From Moraxella sp. (GTDB lineage Bacteria > Pseudomonadota > Gammaproteobacteria > Pseudomonadales > Moraxellaceae): a stretch of DNA of 64,000 nt. The stretch is taken from the NCBI GenBank assembly GCA_030525705.1, contig JAUNEE010000001.1, positions 13,705 through 77,704 on the forward strand, in the 5' to 3' direction. A program made the position numbers and the translations under genes. The notes under the pieces are model-generated. The model saw nothing but the letters and a program-made list of their open reading frames with translations, ran no database searches and was not told the origin of the DNA. Shown one piece after another: positions 21,010-31,302 of this stretch; positions within the stretch are counted from its first letter, which is position 1; each line of letters opens with the position of its first letter.

Positions 21010-21591
21010 ATGATGAATATTATCGAAACAAAAATCCCCGATGTGCTTATCTTCGAGCCATGTGTGTTCAGTGATGAGCGAGGTTGGTTCATGGAGAGCT
21101 TTAACCAAAAAGTCTTCGAAGAGGCTCTCACCACCCGTGGTTTTAGCGTGCCGACTTTCGTGCAAGATAACCATTCTTTTTCCAACAAAGGTGTTCTGCG
21201 TGGGCTGCATTATCAGCTTGCACCCCATGCACAGGGCAAGCTTGTGCGAGTGGTGGCAGGACGTGTCCTTGACGTGGCGGTGGACATTCGCCCAGACTCA
21301 CCAACTTTCGGGCAATGGGTAGCCGTGGAGCTTAGCAAAGAAAATCACCGTCAGCTCTGGGTGCCTGAGGGATTTGCACATGGATTTGTTGCCTTAGAAG
21401 ATGGCACAGAATTTTTATACAAAACCACCAATTTTTATCACAAAGACAGCGAGCGTAGTATCGTCTATAACGACAGCGAGCTGAATATTGACTGGCAGGC
21501 AGATGATTTAACGCTCATCATCAATGAAAAAGATGCCAATGCTCCAACGCTAAAAACCGCTGTCGATGAGCTGACACATTTGGCATCATAA
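21010..21591 (+). CDS. rfbC: dTDP-4-dehydrorhamnose 3,5-epimerase
   Basis: DERGWFME, FVQDNHS, GVLRGLHYQ, QLWVPEGFAHGF. Confidence 0.97.
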   Translation: MMNIIETKIPDVLIFEPCVFSDERGWFMESFNQKVFEEALTTRGFSVPTFVQDNHSFSNKGVLRGLHYQLAPHAQGKLVRVVAGRVLDVAVDIRPDSPTFGQWVAVELSKENHRQLWVPEGFAHGFVALEDGTEFLYKTTNFYHKDSERSIVYNDSELNIDWQADDLTLIINEKDANAPTLKTAVDELTHLAS

Positions 21592-21675
21592 ATACACAGG
21601 TTTATCCCAATATAATGGGCTAACCCTCTAAAAATTTAGCTTGTTAAACACAAGGTGCGAATTTTAATGTTTAGC

Positions 21676-21701
21676 CTTGAACTTTAAAAAGACGCCCCCA
21701 C
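21676..21701 (+). promoter_or_regulatory. sigma32 (RpoH) promoter upstream of rpoD
   Basis: CTTGAA-14 bp-CCCCAC; an extended -10 TGCTATAAT also lies at 21754-21762. Confidence 0.6.
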
Positions 21702-21807
21702 TTGTAAAAAACACCTCGACTTTGCTTTAAAGTTGGGGTGATGATGATTTTTATGCTATAATGGCAGCTGCCTTTATTTTTGTATTTTTTATCTTTGAGC
21801 TTTCCTT

Positions 21808-23661
21808 ATGAGTGAAAACGAATCCATCTCCCAGCTTGCCGTCTTAATTCAGATTGGTAAAGAGCAAGGCTATCTAACCTATGCTGAGATTAACGACCAA
21901 CTGCCCGACTCGGTTGCCGAAAGCGAGCAGATTGAAGACATTATTCACACGCTGACTGAGGCAGGCATCAAGATTTTTGATGTTGCACCCGATGATGATG
22001 ACATTCTTATGGGTGAGACAGGTGCAGATGATGACATGGCGGCAGATGAAGCGGCGGCGGTATTGGCGTCCGTTGAGACTGAGCCGGGGCGTACCACAGA
22101 CCCTGTGCGTATGTATATGCGTGAGATGGGAACGGTTGACCTTTTGACCCGTGATGGTGAGATTAGTATCGCCAAGCGTATCGAGGAAGGCACCCGTGAA
22201 GTGCAGTACATCATGGCATACTGGCCTGGCACGGTGAAATTCGTGCTTGATGAATACGCACAAATCGAAACTGGCGAACGTAAAATCGCCGACATCGTCA
22301 CAGGCTTTTTAGAGCTTGATGAATATGACGACAGCCTGCTACAAGATGAAGTGGAATTTATCGGCGAAGAATCCAGCACAGCTAACATCGATGACGACAG
22401 CCTAGATGATGATGACGAGCCGATGGACGCTGATGATGACGTGGTAGGGCTAGACCCCGAAGAAGTGCGTCAACGCTTCGATGAAATCCAGACTTTATTC
22501 ACCGCCGCCAAAGACGCACTCGCCAAGCACGGGCGTGATAGTGACATCGCCCGCCAAGCCTATGATGAACTGGCAGGCAAGTTTATGCTACTTAAGCTTA
22601 ACTACCGCCTATCTGACCAAATCATGGCGTCCATGCGTGAGGTTTATGAGGACATCAGAAACAGCGAACGCCAAATCATGCGTCTGGTGGTGCGTTACGG
22701 CAAAATGCCAAAAGAAGAATTCAAAAAAACCTTCCCCGCCAATGAAACCAATACCGACTGGCTGTCGCACCGCATTGACGGCAAACCTGCTTTTGCTGAG
22801 ACTTTGCAGTCTGTTGCTAATGACGTGGTCGCCTTACAACAAAAAATCGCTGCCCATGAAGAAGCGTTGCAAATGGACGTCAAAAACATCAAGGCAGTAG
22901 CTCGTCAAATGGCAATCGGGGAAGCAAAAGCACGCCGTGCCAAAAAAGACATGGTAGAAGCGAACTTGCGTTTGGTGATTAGTATCGCCAAAAAATACAC
23001 CAACCGTGGCTTGCAGTTTCTTGACCTAATCCAAGAGGGCAACATCGGTCTGATGAAAGCGGTGGATAAGTTCGAGTATCGCCGTGGCTATAAATTCTCC
23101 ACCTATGCGACATGGTGGATTCGCCAAGCCATCACCCGCTCCATCGCCGATCAAGCACGCACCATTCGTATCCCCGTGCATATGATTGAAACAATCAACA
23201 AAATCAATCGGGTTAGCCGTCAGCTACTCCAAGAAATGGGGCGTGAACCAACCCCTGAAGAACTCGGGCAACGCCTTGACATGGACGAGGCAAAAGTGCG
23301 TAAAGTCCTAAAAATCGCCAAAGAACCGATTTCCATGGAAACACCCATCGGTGATGATGAGGATAGCCACTTGGGAGACTTCATCGAAGATAGCACCATT
23401 TCTAGCCCCATTGAGGACGCTACCGCCGCAGGTCTGCGTGAGGCCACCCGTGAGGTCTTAGACAACCTAACCGAGCGAGAAGCTAAGGTTCTAAAAATGC
23501 GTTTCGGCATTGACATGGCGTCCGACCACACCTTAGAAGAGGTAGGCAAGCAGTTCGATGTCACCCGTGAGCGCATCCGTCAAATCGAAGCGAAGGCCCT
23601 ACGAAAACTTCGTCATCCGTCTCGCTCCGAGCATCTGCGCTCTTTCCTTGAAAACGACTAA
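21808..23661 (+). CDS. rpoD: RNA polymerase sigma factor RpoD
   Basis: [52 protein letters not shown]. Confidence 0.99.
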   Translation: MSENESISQLAVLIQIGKEQGYLTYAEINDQLPDSVAESEQIEDIIHTLTEAGIKIFDVAPDDDDILMGETGADDDMAADEAAAVLASVETEPGRTTDPVRMYMREMGTVDLLTRDGEISIAKRIEEGTREVQYIMAYWPGTVKFVLDEYAQIETGERKIADIVTGFLELDEYDDSLLQDEVEFIGEESSTANIDDDSLDDDDEPMDADDDVVGLDPEEVRQRFDEIQTLFTAAKDALAKHGRDSDIARQAYDELAGKFMLLKLNYRLSDQIMASMREVYEDIRNSERQIMRLVVRYGKMPKEEFKKTFPANETNTDWLSHRIDGKPAFAETLQSVANDVVALQQKIAAHEEALQMDVKNIKAVARQMAIGEAKARRAKKDMVEANLRLVISIAKKYTNRGLQFLDLIQEGNIGLMKAVDKFEYRRGYKFSTYATWWIRQAITRSIADQARTIRIPVHMIETINKINRVSRQLLQEMGREPTPEELGQRLDMDEAKVRKVLKIAKEPISMETPIGDDEDSHLGDFIEDSTISSPIEDATAAGLREATREVLDNLTEREAKVLKMRFGIDMASDHTLEEVGKQFDVTRERIRQIEAKALRKLRHPSRSEHLRSFLEND

Positions 23662-23674
23662 CTTAAGTCACCCT

Positions 23675-23714
23675 AAAAGAAAAAGCCTTGATTTAACGGG
23701 GCTTTTTCTTTTTT
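23675..23714 (+). terminator. rho-independent terminator of rpoD
   Basis: aaaagaaaaagccttg...cggggctttttcttttt. Confidence 0.8.
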
Positions 23715-23733
23715 AAACGCATGCAAACGCACG

Positions 23734-23764
23734 CTTGAAAAACCAAAGCCCACCCCCCATTATA
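23734..23764 (+). promoter_or_regulatory. sigma32 promoter of ybeD
   Basis: CTTGAA-15 bp-CCCCATTATA; ybeD is a known RpoH regulon member in E. coli. Confidence 0.72.
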
Positions 23765-23792
23765 AAATCATTCTCGCTTTTTAGGAACAACA

Positions 23793-24128
23793 ATGAAAAA
23801 AACACTTAATTTTAACGCATTGGGCGAAACCGCCACCGCGCAAGGCAAAAAAACCGACATTCAACGCCCTGAGCTATGGCAATTTCCCATGGATTATCCC
23901 ATGAGCATTATCGGACATGAGGGCGAGCATGACAGCCTACTTCATGAAGTGACGCTGATTTTGGCAGAGCTATTTCCTGATTTCGACCCTGCCGTCATTC
24001 AGGTAAAACCCTCTAAAACAGGGCGTTTTCACGCACTGCGTTTAAGCTTGCATTTAACTTCTGCCGAAGAAGTCAACCGCTTATATGCCGCCCTAGATGC
24101 CGCAAAAACCGTGCGTACTGTCGTTTAA
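23793..24128 (+). CDS. ybeD: YbeD / DUF493 family protein
   Basis: WQFPMDYPMSIIG, PSKTGRF, RLYAALD...VRTVV. Confidence 0.85.
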   Translation: MKKTLNFNALGETATAQGKKTDIQRPELWQFPMDYPMSIIGHEGEHDSLLHEVTLILAELFPDFDPAVIQVKPSKTGRFHALRLSLHLTSAEEVNRLYAALDAAKTVRTVV

Positions 24129-24145
24129 GCCCATCCTCTTAAACC

Positions 24146-24176
24146 CAAAAAAAGCTTGTCATTTGGCAGGCTTTTT
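24146..24176 (+). terminator. rho-independent terminator
   Basis: aaaaagcttgtc-attt-ggcaggcttttt. Confidence 0.7.
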
Positions 24177-24214
24177 GTTATCTTGCTTATACCTTTATTT
24201 TTTTATATTTATTT

Positions 24215-25822
24215 ATGCCAAACGCTCCCACCCCCTTAACGCTTTTTGAGGATTTGCTTGATGAGCCAAGCACCAAAGCACCGAAAAAACCCTCAAAAAA
24301 CACCCAGCCTAAAAAAAATCCCAAGCCAGCGTCTGTTATGAATAAAACCCGTGAGCGAGCCACTTCAGCGGACAATGCCTCACTAGATACAGCCGTGCCA
24401 ACTCAAGCCAATTTGCACACAAAAACCCCAAGCCGAACAGCCATACAAAAAGCAACACCCCAAACCACCCAAGAAAACACAAGCCAAAACACCGACAACC
24501 AAAGAACATCTGCCCTATCCCCACCACCAAAAAAAACCGCTCATCACTTGCGTATTTTACATACAGCGGATTGGCACATTGGAAAAAGACTGCATAATGA
24601 AGCCCGCTATGCGGATTTTTCGGCATTTTTAGACTGGTTACTAGATGTACTAAAAACAGAGGCGGTAGATATTTTAGTAGTAGCAGGAGACATTTTTGAT
24701 ACCATGACCCCAAGCAACAAAGCCCAAGAGCTGTATTATGAATTTTTGGCAAATGCCCTAAAAACCACCTGCCAGCACATTATTATCATCGCAGGCAACC
24801 ACGACAGCCCAAGCTTTTTGGACGCCCCCAAAAGCCTATTTCATCATTTTAATACCCACATCATCGGCACGCCAAAAGCCCCTGAAGATGAAGTCATCAC
24901 CCTAAAAGATGACACGGGCAGTCCGTGTGCCATCATCGCTGCCGTGCCTTATCTAAGAGATAAAGATGTACGAGTCAGCACCTTCGGGGAGAGCCTAGCA
25001 GACAAAGACAAAAATACCGTGCTTGGTATTCAGTCGCATTATCAGGCAGTGGGCGAGTATTGTGAATCCTTAAAAGCACGGTTAAAAAACACCCATGGCA
25101 AGCCTTTACCCGTCATTGCCACGGGGCATTTATTCGCCGCAGGGGCGAGTGCTGCAGCCATTGATGATGGCATGAGACAGCTGTATGTCGGCAGTCTTGG
25201 AGTGGTCGGAGCGGACAGTTTTCCTGCGGTATTTGATTATGTCGCCTTGGGTCATATTCATGCCGAACAGACAATTGGCGGAAAACGGCACATTCGTTAT
25301 TCTGGATCACCTTTGGCGATGGGCTTTGGGGAAAGCTACCAACAAAAAAAGGTGCTACTCATCGACTTCGACCAAACCGCCAATACTCCCACCCCAGAAA
25401 TACACACGCTAGACGTACCACGCTTTCGTCAGCTTGAGCGTATCACGGGGGATTTGCCCAGCATTGAAGCAGCTCTTGATAAATTCATCATAAAACGCCA
25501 AGCGGATAACACAGACCCCCTAAATGACATTTGGCTGGACATTGAATACACAGGCACACCCATCGCCACGCTGGCTACGCATATTTTTGAGAGATTGGCA
25601 GGCACAGGGGTGTTTGCGTTAAATATAAAAAGTCGCAGTACACGGCTTGCCAGAATCCAAAAACAAGACCACACCCCAAGACTAGACGCCCTAAAGCCTG
25701 CCGATGTTTTCGCTGAGCTTATCAACCAAAAAAACACCGAGCCTGAGGACGCACCTGCCCTAAAAGCCGCCCATGAGCTGCTTTTACAGCGTTTATTTGA
25801 GACTGACAGCCACGCCGTATAA
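24215..25822 (+). CDS. sbcD: exonuclease SbcCD subunit D with N-terminal low-complexity extension (start uncertain)
   Basis: ILHTADWHIG, AGDIFD, AGNHDS, YVALGHIH, RYSGSP. Confidence 0.92.
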   Translation: MPNAPTPLTLFEDLLDEPSTKAPKKPSKNTQPKKNPKPASVMNKTRERATSADNASLDTAVPTQANLHTKTPSRTAIQKATPQTTQENTSQNTDNQRTSALSPPPKKTAHHLRILHTADWHIGKRLHNEARYADFSAFLDWLLDVLKTEAVDILVVAGDIFDTMTPSNKAQELYYEFLANALKTTCQHIIIIAGNHDSPSFLDAPKSLFHHFNTHIIGTPKAPEDEVITLKDDTGSPCAIIAAVPYLRDKDVRVSTFGESLADKDKNTVLGIQSHYQAVGEYCESLKARLKNTHGKPLPVIATGHLFAAGASAAAIDDGMRQLYVGSLGVVGADSFPAVFDYVALGHIHAEQTIGGKRHIRYSGSPLAMGFGESYQQKKVLLIDFDQTANTPTPEIHTLDVPRFRQLERITGDLPSIEAALDKFIIKRQADNTDPLNDIWLDIEYTGTPIATLATHIFERLAGTGVFALNIKSRSTRLARIQKQDHTPRLDALKPADVFAELINQKNTEPEDAPALKAAHELLLQRLFETDSHAV

Positions 25823-25837
25823 TCACACCGTATCCCC

Positions 25838-28800
25838 ATGAAAATCTTAAAACTACAACTTGAAAACATCAACGCCCTAAAAGGCAAATGGGTCATTGAC
25901 TTTAATGACGAGGCATTTTATGCTGGCGGAATTTTTAGTATTACAGGGCAGACAGGCGCAGGAAAAAGTAGCATTTTGGACGCCATTTGCCTTGCCTTGT
26001 ATGGCATGACGCCACGGCTGGGCAAAATCACCAAAGGCAACAACGAGCTTATGCACCTTGACACGGGGCATTGTTCAGCACAGGTGTGGCTTAGTATCAA
26101 TGACAAATCCTACCAGTTTTTTTTCGGACAGCACCGTGCCAAAGGCAAGCCTGATGGGGCATTGCAAGAACCCAAGCGTGAGATTAGCGAGCTTAAACCT
26201 GACGGCACAAGCCAGCTTTTGGCGGATAGATTAAAAGAAGCAGACACGCTGACGCCTAAGCTTTTAGGTATGGATTTTGAGCAGTTTACCCGTTCGGTGA
26301 TGTTGGCTCAGGGCGGCTTTGCTGCGTTTTTACAGTCGGACGCTCACAAACGGGGCGAGCTTTTGGAAAAAATCACTGGTACGGACATTTATGCCAAGCT
26401 TGGCGTGCTTGCTTTTGAGACGTTTAAAGAAAAAGACACCACCATCAAAGAACAAAGAAAACTGCTAAATGCCTTAAATCTGCCCGACCCACAGCAGATA
26501 ATGACCTTATCAGACGCCCTAGCCCAAACAGAAACCGCCATCAAACATGAAAGCGAAGCCTTAAAAGCCCTAGAAGAGAAAATCCATCTAAAAAAAGAAC
26601 AGCTGCAGCATTTAAATGCGAATGCGCAGCTAGATGAGGCACTGGCAGTCGCCAAGCAAGCCGTGGCAGACTTTTCACCACTTCAAAATAAGCTAGAGAC
26701 CAATCGCCGTCTTTTACCCCTAGCGGTGCATTACCAAAAATACCACGACCTATCTTTACGCCATGCAGAAGAAAATCATCAAATCCAACTGCTAAACGAC
26801 CGCCTAAATAACCAAGAGCGGCAGTTAGATGCCGCCAAACTCGACCAAGAGACCGCCAACACCGCCTACGAACACGCAAAACACACCCTCTCAAAAAAAG
26901 CACCACTCGTGCAGGCGTTGCGGGAGCATGAGCTTGGTCTGGTTTTTTTAGAAGAGCAGCTTGCCCAAAAGCAGACCCACTACGCAGAAAAACAGACCGC
27001 ACTCGCCGCACTTACCACCCAGCACACCAAAGAAAAAACCGCCCTAACAAAGCTTGTCCAGACCCAAGCCACCCTGCAGACCGACATTAACAGACTGGCA
27101 AGTGTCGCAGAGTTTAACAAAGAAGCCAATCTGGTCAAAGTACAGACATGGCAGACGCTTTTAATGGCGTTTTCAAACAATGTTAGCACCCTAAAAAGCG
27201 AACAAGCCGACATCACCGCACTTAGAATGCAGTTAAAACAAGACGAACTCACCCTAAAAAATCTGCAGACCGACACCCAGCACCAAACAGAAACGCTGTT
27301 TTCACTGTATCGGCAAACAGAGCCATTTTGCCCAGCCATAAAAACAGACATCGAAAAGGACACCGCCTACTCCCCAGAAAACGCCCTGAACGCAGAAAAA
27401 GCCCTAAAAACGGCTCTCGCTCAGCAGGAAAAAGACCTATCGGCACAACAGACGCAGCTGGTCGTGGTCGAGAGCGTGCTAGAAACAGCCGCCCAAAAAT
27501 TCCACCTAACCCAAAAACACCAGATGCTAAGCAGCCAAATCAACGCACTGTCACAAGCACTCACCCAGCACGAACACGAGCATAAACATGCCAAAGCTGA
27601 ATTTGACACCGCCCAAGCCAGCTTAAATCTTAGCCGTGAACAGTATGAAATGGCATTAAAACTGCACAGCTTGGAGGCATTATTTGAGGGGCTGACACCT
27701 GATACACCCTGTCCTTTATGCGGCTCTACGCACCACCCTTATGCAGACAATCCCGAGCATAAAACCGATGGCGAAACACTGCTTGCCACCGCCAAAGCCC
27801 TGCTTACAGAAAACGAAGAGCGACTTTCGCAGCTAGAAAAAAAACTCAGCGAAGCAAGCCACATTCTTTACCAAAAAACCGCAGAAAAAACCACCCAAGA
27901 AACCACGCTGGCAGAACTTGAAATGACGCTACTGCAGCTGTCCGCCAAACTTGAAGAAGCCGCTCTAAATTTTCAGGCAGATGGACATACAGACGCCGAG
28001 CTTACGCCCAGCCATCTAGAGTTTTGGCAGGCATTAAAAGAGACAAAAACCGCCAAAGTAACAGCTTTGCAGGCGGATTTGAGCATCTTTTCTGGGCTTA
28101 TCCATAAATGCGAGGTTTTGACAAAAGACCACATCGCCACCCATGATACGCTCAGACGCCATCAAGAAACGCTGTCTTTTAATCAAGACAAGCTCGCCCA
28201 AAAAAGCCACACGTGGAAACAGACACAGCACGCCACCAGTACGCAGGCAGGCACGCTCATCGAAAAAAGCCATGAGCTTGCCACCCTCATCGGTCACCAA
28301 AAAACCGCACTCAAAGACGACCACCCTGCCCATATGGCGCTGTCTGGGCTTGATATGCTTGTTCAGTTCGCCAATTTCGCCCTAACGATTGACCGTGACA
28401 GCCTGCCTTTATTGCACCAAGCCCACACCACCTTAAAAGAAACGCTGGGCGAGCATTTTTATGACACTCTAACCACCCAAGTAACAGCGGTGATGGAGGT
28501 ACTGCATTTATGCCATCAAGACCACCAAACCACTCAGGCGACCGCCATCGAGACGGCTTCAGCCATCGCCCTAAAAACCCAAGCCCTAAGCGACCTAGAA
28601 ACCCGTGAAAAAACGCTCACTCACGAGCTTATGCTCGCACAAGACGCCCTCACAAAAGCCCATGTCGCCCTAGAAGAAAGAACCCAAGCCAAAGAAGACT
28701 TGCTAAAAACGCATTTTTCCAAGCATACTAGCACCGCACCCGAGGCATTAAGTGCCGACCTAGAGGCGTACTTAACTCAGCACGAACGTGCGTTTTTAAA

Positions 28801-29809
28801 TGCCGAAAAAACCCTAGAAACCCTACTTACCCAAATAACTAACACAAAAGACAGCCTAAAAGAGCGTAAAAGCACTCTGACCGCACTAGAGGCAGAAAAA
28901 GATGCTGCTCATGCGGCGTTTTCTGAAAAGCTGGTGAAGCTGGGGCTTGATGAGATAGACTATCATGCCGCTCATCTTGATGAAGAAGAGCGTGAACGCT
29001 TAGAAACCGAGGCAAGCCAGTTGCAACATACATTCACCACCCTATCCGCCAAAAAAGAACAAACCGAGCTGTTACTTGCCGAGTTAAAACGCACACAGCC
29101 TGACATCGACACTTGGGAGCTTACCGAGCTGACGGACGACCATGGGATAAAAAAAGCCACACTTGAGACGCTCTTAACCAAGCTTGGCGAACAAAAACAA
29201 CAACAAAAAGACGCCCACACCGCCCAAGAAAAACAGACCGCCCTGCTAACCGCCATCACCAAAGGCGAGCAAGAAATGCACATCTGGGCACGGCTATCTG
29301 AACTTATCGGCGACAGCAAAGGCGCAAAATACAGAAACTTCGCCCAAGGCTTGACACTGGATTTTCTTTTGTCTGCTGCCAATGACGTCCTATTAAAAAT
29401 GAGTGACCGCTACGAGCTTGTGCGTAGCGAAGACGAAAAAAACACCCTTGGCATTGACGTCAAAGACCACTACCAAAATGCCCAAATCAGAAGCAGCAAG
29501 AATCTCTCGGGTGGTGAGAGCTTCATTATTAGCCTTGCCTTGGCACTTGGTTTATCACAGATGAATAGCCAAAAAATGCACATCGAAAGCCTATTTTTAG
29601 ATGAGGGCTTTGGGACACTGGACGAGGAGGCACTGGACGTGGCATTGTCGGTGCTTGGGCAAATCGAAGCAACAGGAAAAAGCATTGGCATCATCTCCCA
29701 CGTTGCCACCTTAAAAGAACGCATCAGTACCCAAATCATCGTAGAAAAAAAATCAGGGGGCTCTAGCATTCTAAAAGGCGCAGGCGTGATTCGGGGTGAC
29801 TGGGGATGA
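25838..29809 (+). CDS. sbcC: exonuclease SbcCD subunit C (Rad50-like ATPase)
   Basis: GQTGAGKS Walker A, long coiled coil with CPLCGS zinc hook, LSGGESF, LFLDEGFG, IISH. Confidence 0.95.
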   Translation: MKILKLQLENINALKGKWVIDFNDEAFYAGGIFSITGQTGAGKSSILDAICLALYGMTPRLGKITKGNNELMHLDTGHCSAQVWLSINDKSYQFFFGQHRAKGKPDGALQEPKREISELKPDGTSQLLADRLKEADTLTPKLLGMDFEQFTRSVMLAQGGFAAFLQSDAHKRGELLEKITGTDIYAKLGVLAFETFKEKDTTIKEQRKLLNALNLPDPQQIMTLSDALAQTETAIKHESEALKALEEKIHLKKEQLQHLNANAQLDEALAVAKQAVADFSPLQNKLETNRRLLPLAVHYQKYHDLSLRHAEENHQIQLLNDRLNNQERQLDAAKLDQETANTAYEHAKHTLSKKAPLVQALREHELGLVFLEEQLAQKQTHYAEKQTALAALTTQHTKEKTALTKLVQTQATLQTDINRLASVAEFNKEANLVKVQTWQTLLMAFSNNVSTLKSEQADITALRMQLKQDELTLKNLQTDTQHQTETLFSLYRQTEPFCPAIKTDIEKDTAYSPENALNAEKALKTALAQQEKDLSAQQTQLVVVESVLETAAQKFHLTQKHQMLSSQINALSQALTQHEHEHKHAKAEFDTAQASLNLSREQYEMALKLHSLEALFEGLTPDTPCPLCGSTHHPYADNPEHKTDGETLLATAKALLTENEERLSQLEKKLSEASHILYQKTAEKTTQETTLAELEMTLLQLSAKLEEAALNFQADGHTDAELTPSHLEFWQALKETKTAKVTALQADLSIFSGLIHKCEVLTKDHIATHDTLRRHQETLSFNQDKLAQKSHTWKQTQHATSTQAGTLIEKSHELATLIGHQKTALKDDHPAHMALSGLDMLVQFANFALTIDRDSLPLLHQAHTTLKETLGEHFYDTLTTQVTAVMEVLHLCHQDHQTTQATAIETASAIALKTQALSDLETREKTLTHELMLAQDALTKAHVALEERTQAKEDLLKTHFSKHTSTAPEALSADLEAYLTQHERAFLNAEKTLETLLTQITNTKDSLKERKSTLTALEAEKDAAHAAFSEKLVKLGLDEIDYHAAHLDEEERERLETEASQLQHTFTTLSAKKEQTELLLAELKRTQPDIDTWELTELTDDHGIKKATLETLLTKLGEQKQQQKDAHTAQEKQTALLTAITKGEQEMHIWARLSELIGDSKGAKYRNFAQGLTLDFLLSAANDVLLKMSDRYELVRSEDEKNTLGIDVKDHYQNAQIRSSKNLSGGESFIISLALALGLSQMNSQKMHIESLFLDEGFGTLDEEALDVALSVLGQIEATGKSIGIISHVATLKERISTQIIVEKKSGGSSILKGAGVIRGDWG

Positions 29810-30024
29810 TTTTTAAATAAAGATAAATGGATTGTTATTTTTTCTTTAAAAAATTCACCTAAAGCCCGCAACCAAAAAAACCCATAAAAAATTTATGGGT
29901 TAGCATTGCACTGCTGCTTTTGTCATGCTAATATAAGACAACACTCTCCTAAAAAGTATGTTTAATATGATTAAAAACTAAAATCCCACCCACGCAGACT
30001 TTGTCATTATTTAAGGAGCTTATC

Positions 30025-31089
30025 ATGACCACACCCAAAAAAACCAACCAAACAGGCTTAAAAAAATCCAAAACCGTCCCATTTTCCGATGCGGTAAACC
30101 GCTTAGAAGAACTCCTAGAACACGCAAGCCCCGATGAGCTTTTAGAGCTTGGACGGCGCATCAGTGACTACCTGCCCACCGCCCAAACTCTGCCCAACCT
30201 AAACCAAGAAATCCAAAGCAACAAATCCAAAGACACCGAACTGTCTGACAACTGGCGAGACGGCGGCTACCCCTACAAGCACCGCCTTAGCCGAAAAAAC
30301 TACGAAGCCCAAAAATACAAACTACAAATCGAGCTGTTAAAATTACAACGCCACATCAAAGACACAGGGCAAAAACTGGTGATTTTATTTGAGGGTCGAG
30401 ACGCTGCAGGTAAAGGCGGGACAATTAAACGCTTTATGGAGCATTTAAATCCCCGTGGTGCAAGGGTTGTCGCCCTAGAAAAACCCACAGAAACCGAACG
30501 TGGTCAATGGTATTTTCAGCGTTATGTAGAAACTTTGCCCACCCGTGGCGAAATGGTGCTGTATGACCGCTCATGGTACAACCGTGCGGTAGTGGAGCGG
30601 GTGATGGGTTTTTGCACAGACGAGGAGTATCATATTTTTATGGAGCAAGTGCCAGAATTTGAACGGCATTTGACCCAGTCGGGCATTATTTTGATTAAAT
30701 TTTGGTTTTCTGTTGGGCGTGAAGAACAAAAAATCCGCTTCGACCGCCGTGAGCATGACCCTCTAAAACAGTGGAAACTGTCTCCCGTGGACAAAGCAAG
30801 TCTTGATAAATGGGAAGAGTATACGCTTGCCAAAGAAGCGATGTTTTTTAATACCGACACCGCCGAGTCGCCTTGGATCGTCATTAAATCTGACTGTAAA
30901 AAACGTGCCCGTCTAAACGCCATGCGGTATGTTTTAAACAAGCTGGATTATCCCAATAAAGACGAGCGTCAAATCGGGCGGATTGACCCGCTGATTGTCG
31001 GACGGGCAGGCACACTGTATGAAACAGAAGAGCCGAAAGCCTTAAACCTTGCCGCCCAAAAATCCAAAAAACCCAAGCCCGCCCCATAA
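30025..31089 (+). CDS. ppk2: polyphosphate kinase 2
   Basis: FEGRDAAGKGG, WYFQRY, DRSWYNRAVVE, DPLKQWKLSP; AGGAG precedes ATG 30025. Confidence 0.95.
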   Translation: MTTPKKTNQTGLKKSKTVPFSDAVNRLEELLEHASPDELLELGRRISDYLPTAQTLPNLNQEIQSNKSKDTELSDNWRDGGYPYKHRLSRKNYEAQKYKLQIELLKLQRHIKDTGQKLVILFEGRDAAGKGGTIKRFMEHLNPRGARVVALEKPTETERGQWYFQRYVETLPTRGEMVLYDRSWYNRAVVERVMGFCTDEEYHIFMEQVPEFERHLTQSGIILIKFWFSVGREEQKIRFDRREHDPLKQWKLSPVDKASLDKWEEYTLAKEAMFFNTDTAESPWIVIKSDCKKRARLNAMRYVLNKLDYPNKDERQIGRIDPLIVGRAGTLYETEEPKALNLAAQKSKKPKPAP

Positions 31090-31145
31090 AAAAACAAATT
31101 CAAAAAACAGGGTTAAGTCAAAGAATTTTTTTATAAACTTTTAAC

Positions 31146-31173
31146 AAAAAGCCTACCTATGTGGGCTTTTTTT
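31146..31173 (+). terminator. rho-independent terminator
   Basis: aaaaagcctac-ctat-gtgggcttttt. Confidence 0.65.
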
Positions 31174-31302
31174 GTTATAATAATGCTTATTTTTAACCAA
31201 AACAATCCATCATTATCACATTGTAAAGCTGGGGTCACAAAGCCAACTTAACACTCCCTTGCTTTTTTATTGATACTTTCGCCTTGCGTTTAAGGATATA
31301 TT

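Noticed and set aside
25838-29809. SbcCD as a Wadjet- or Lamassu-like defence system
   Set aside because: Canonical sbcD-sbcC pair with a zinc hook among housekeeping genes; no effector or kleisin genes adjacent.
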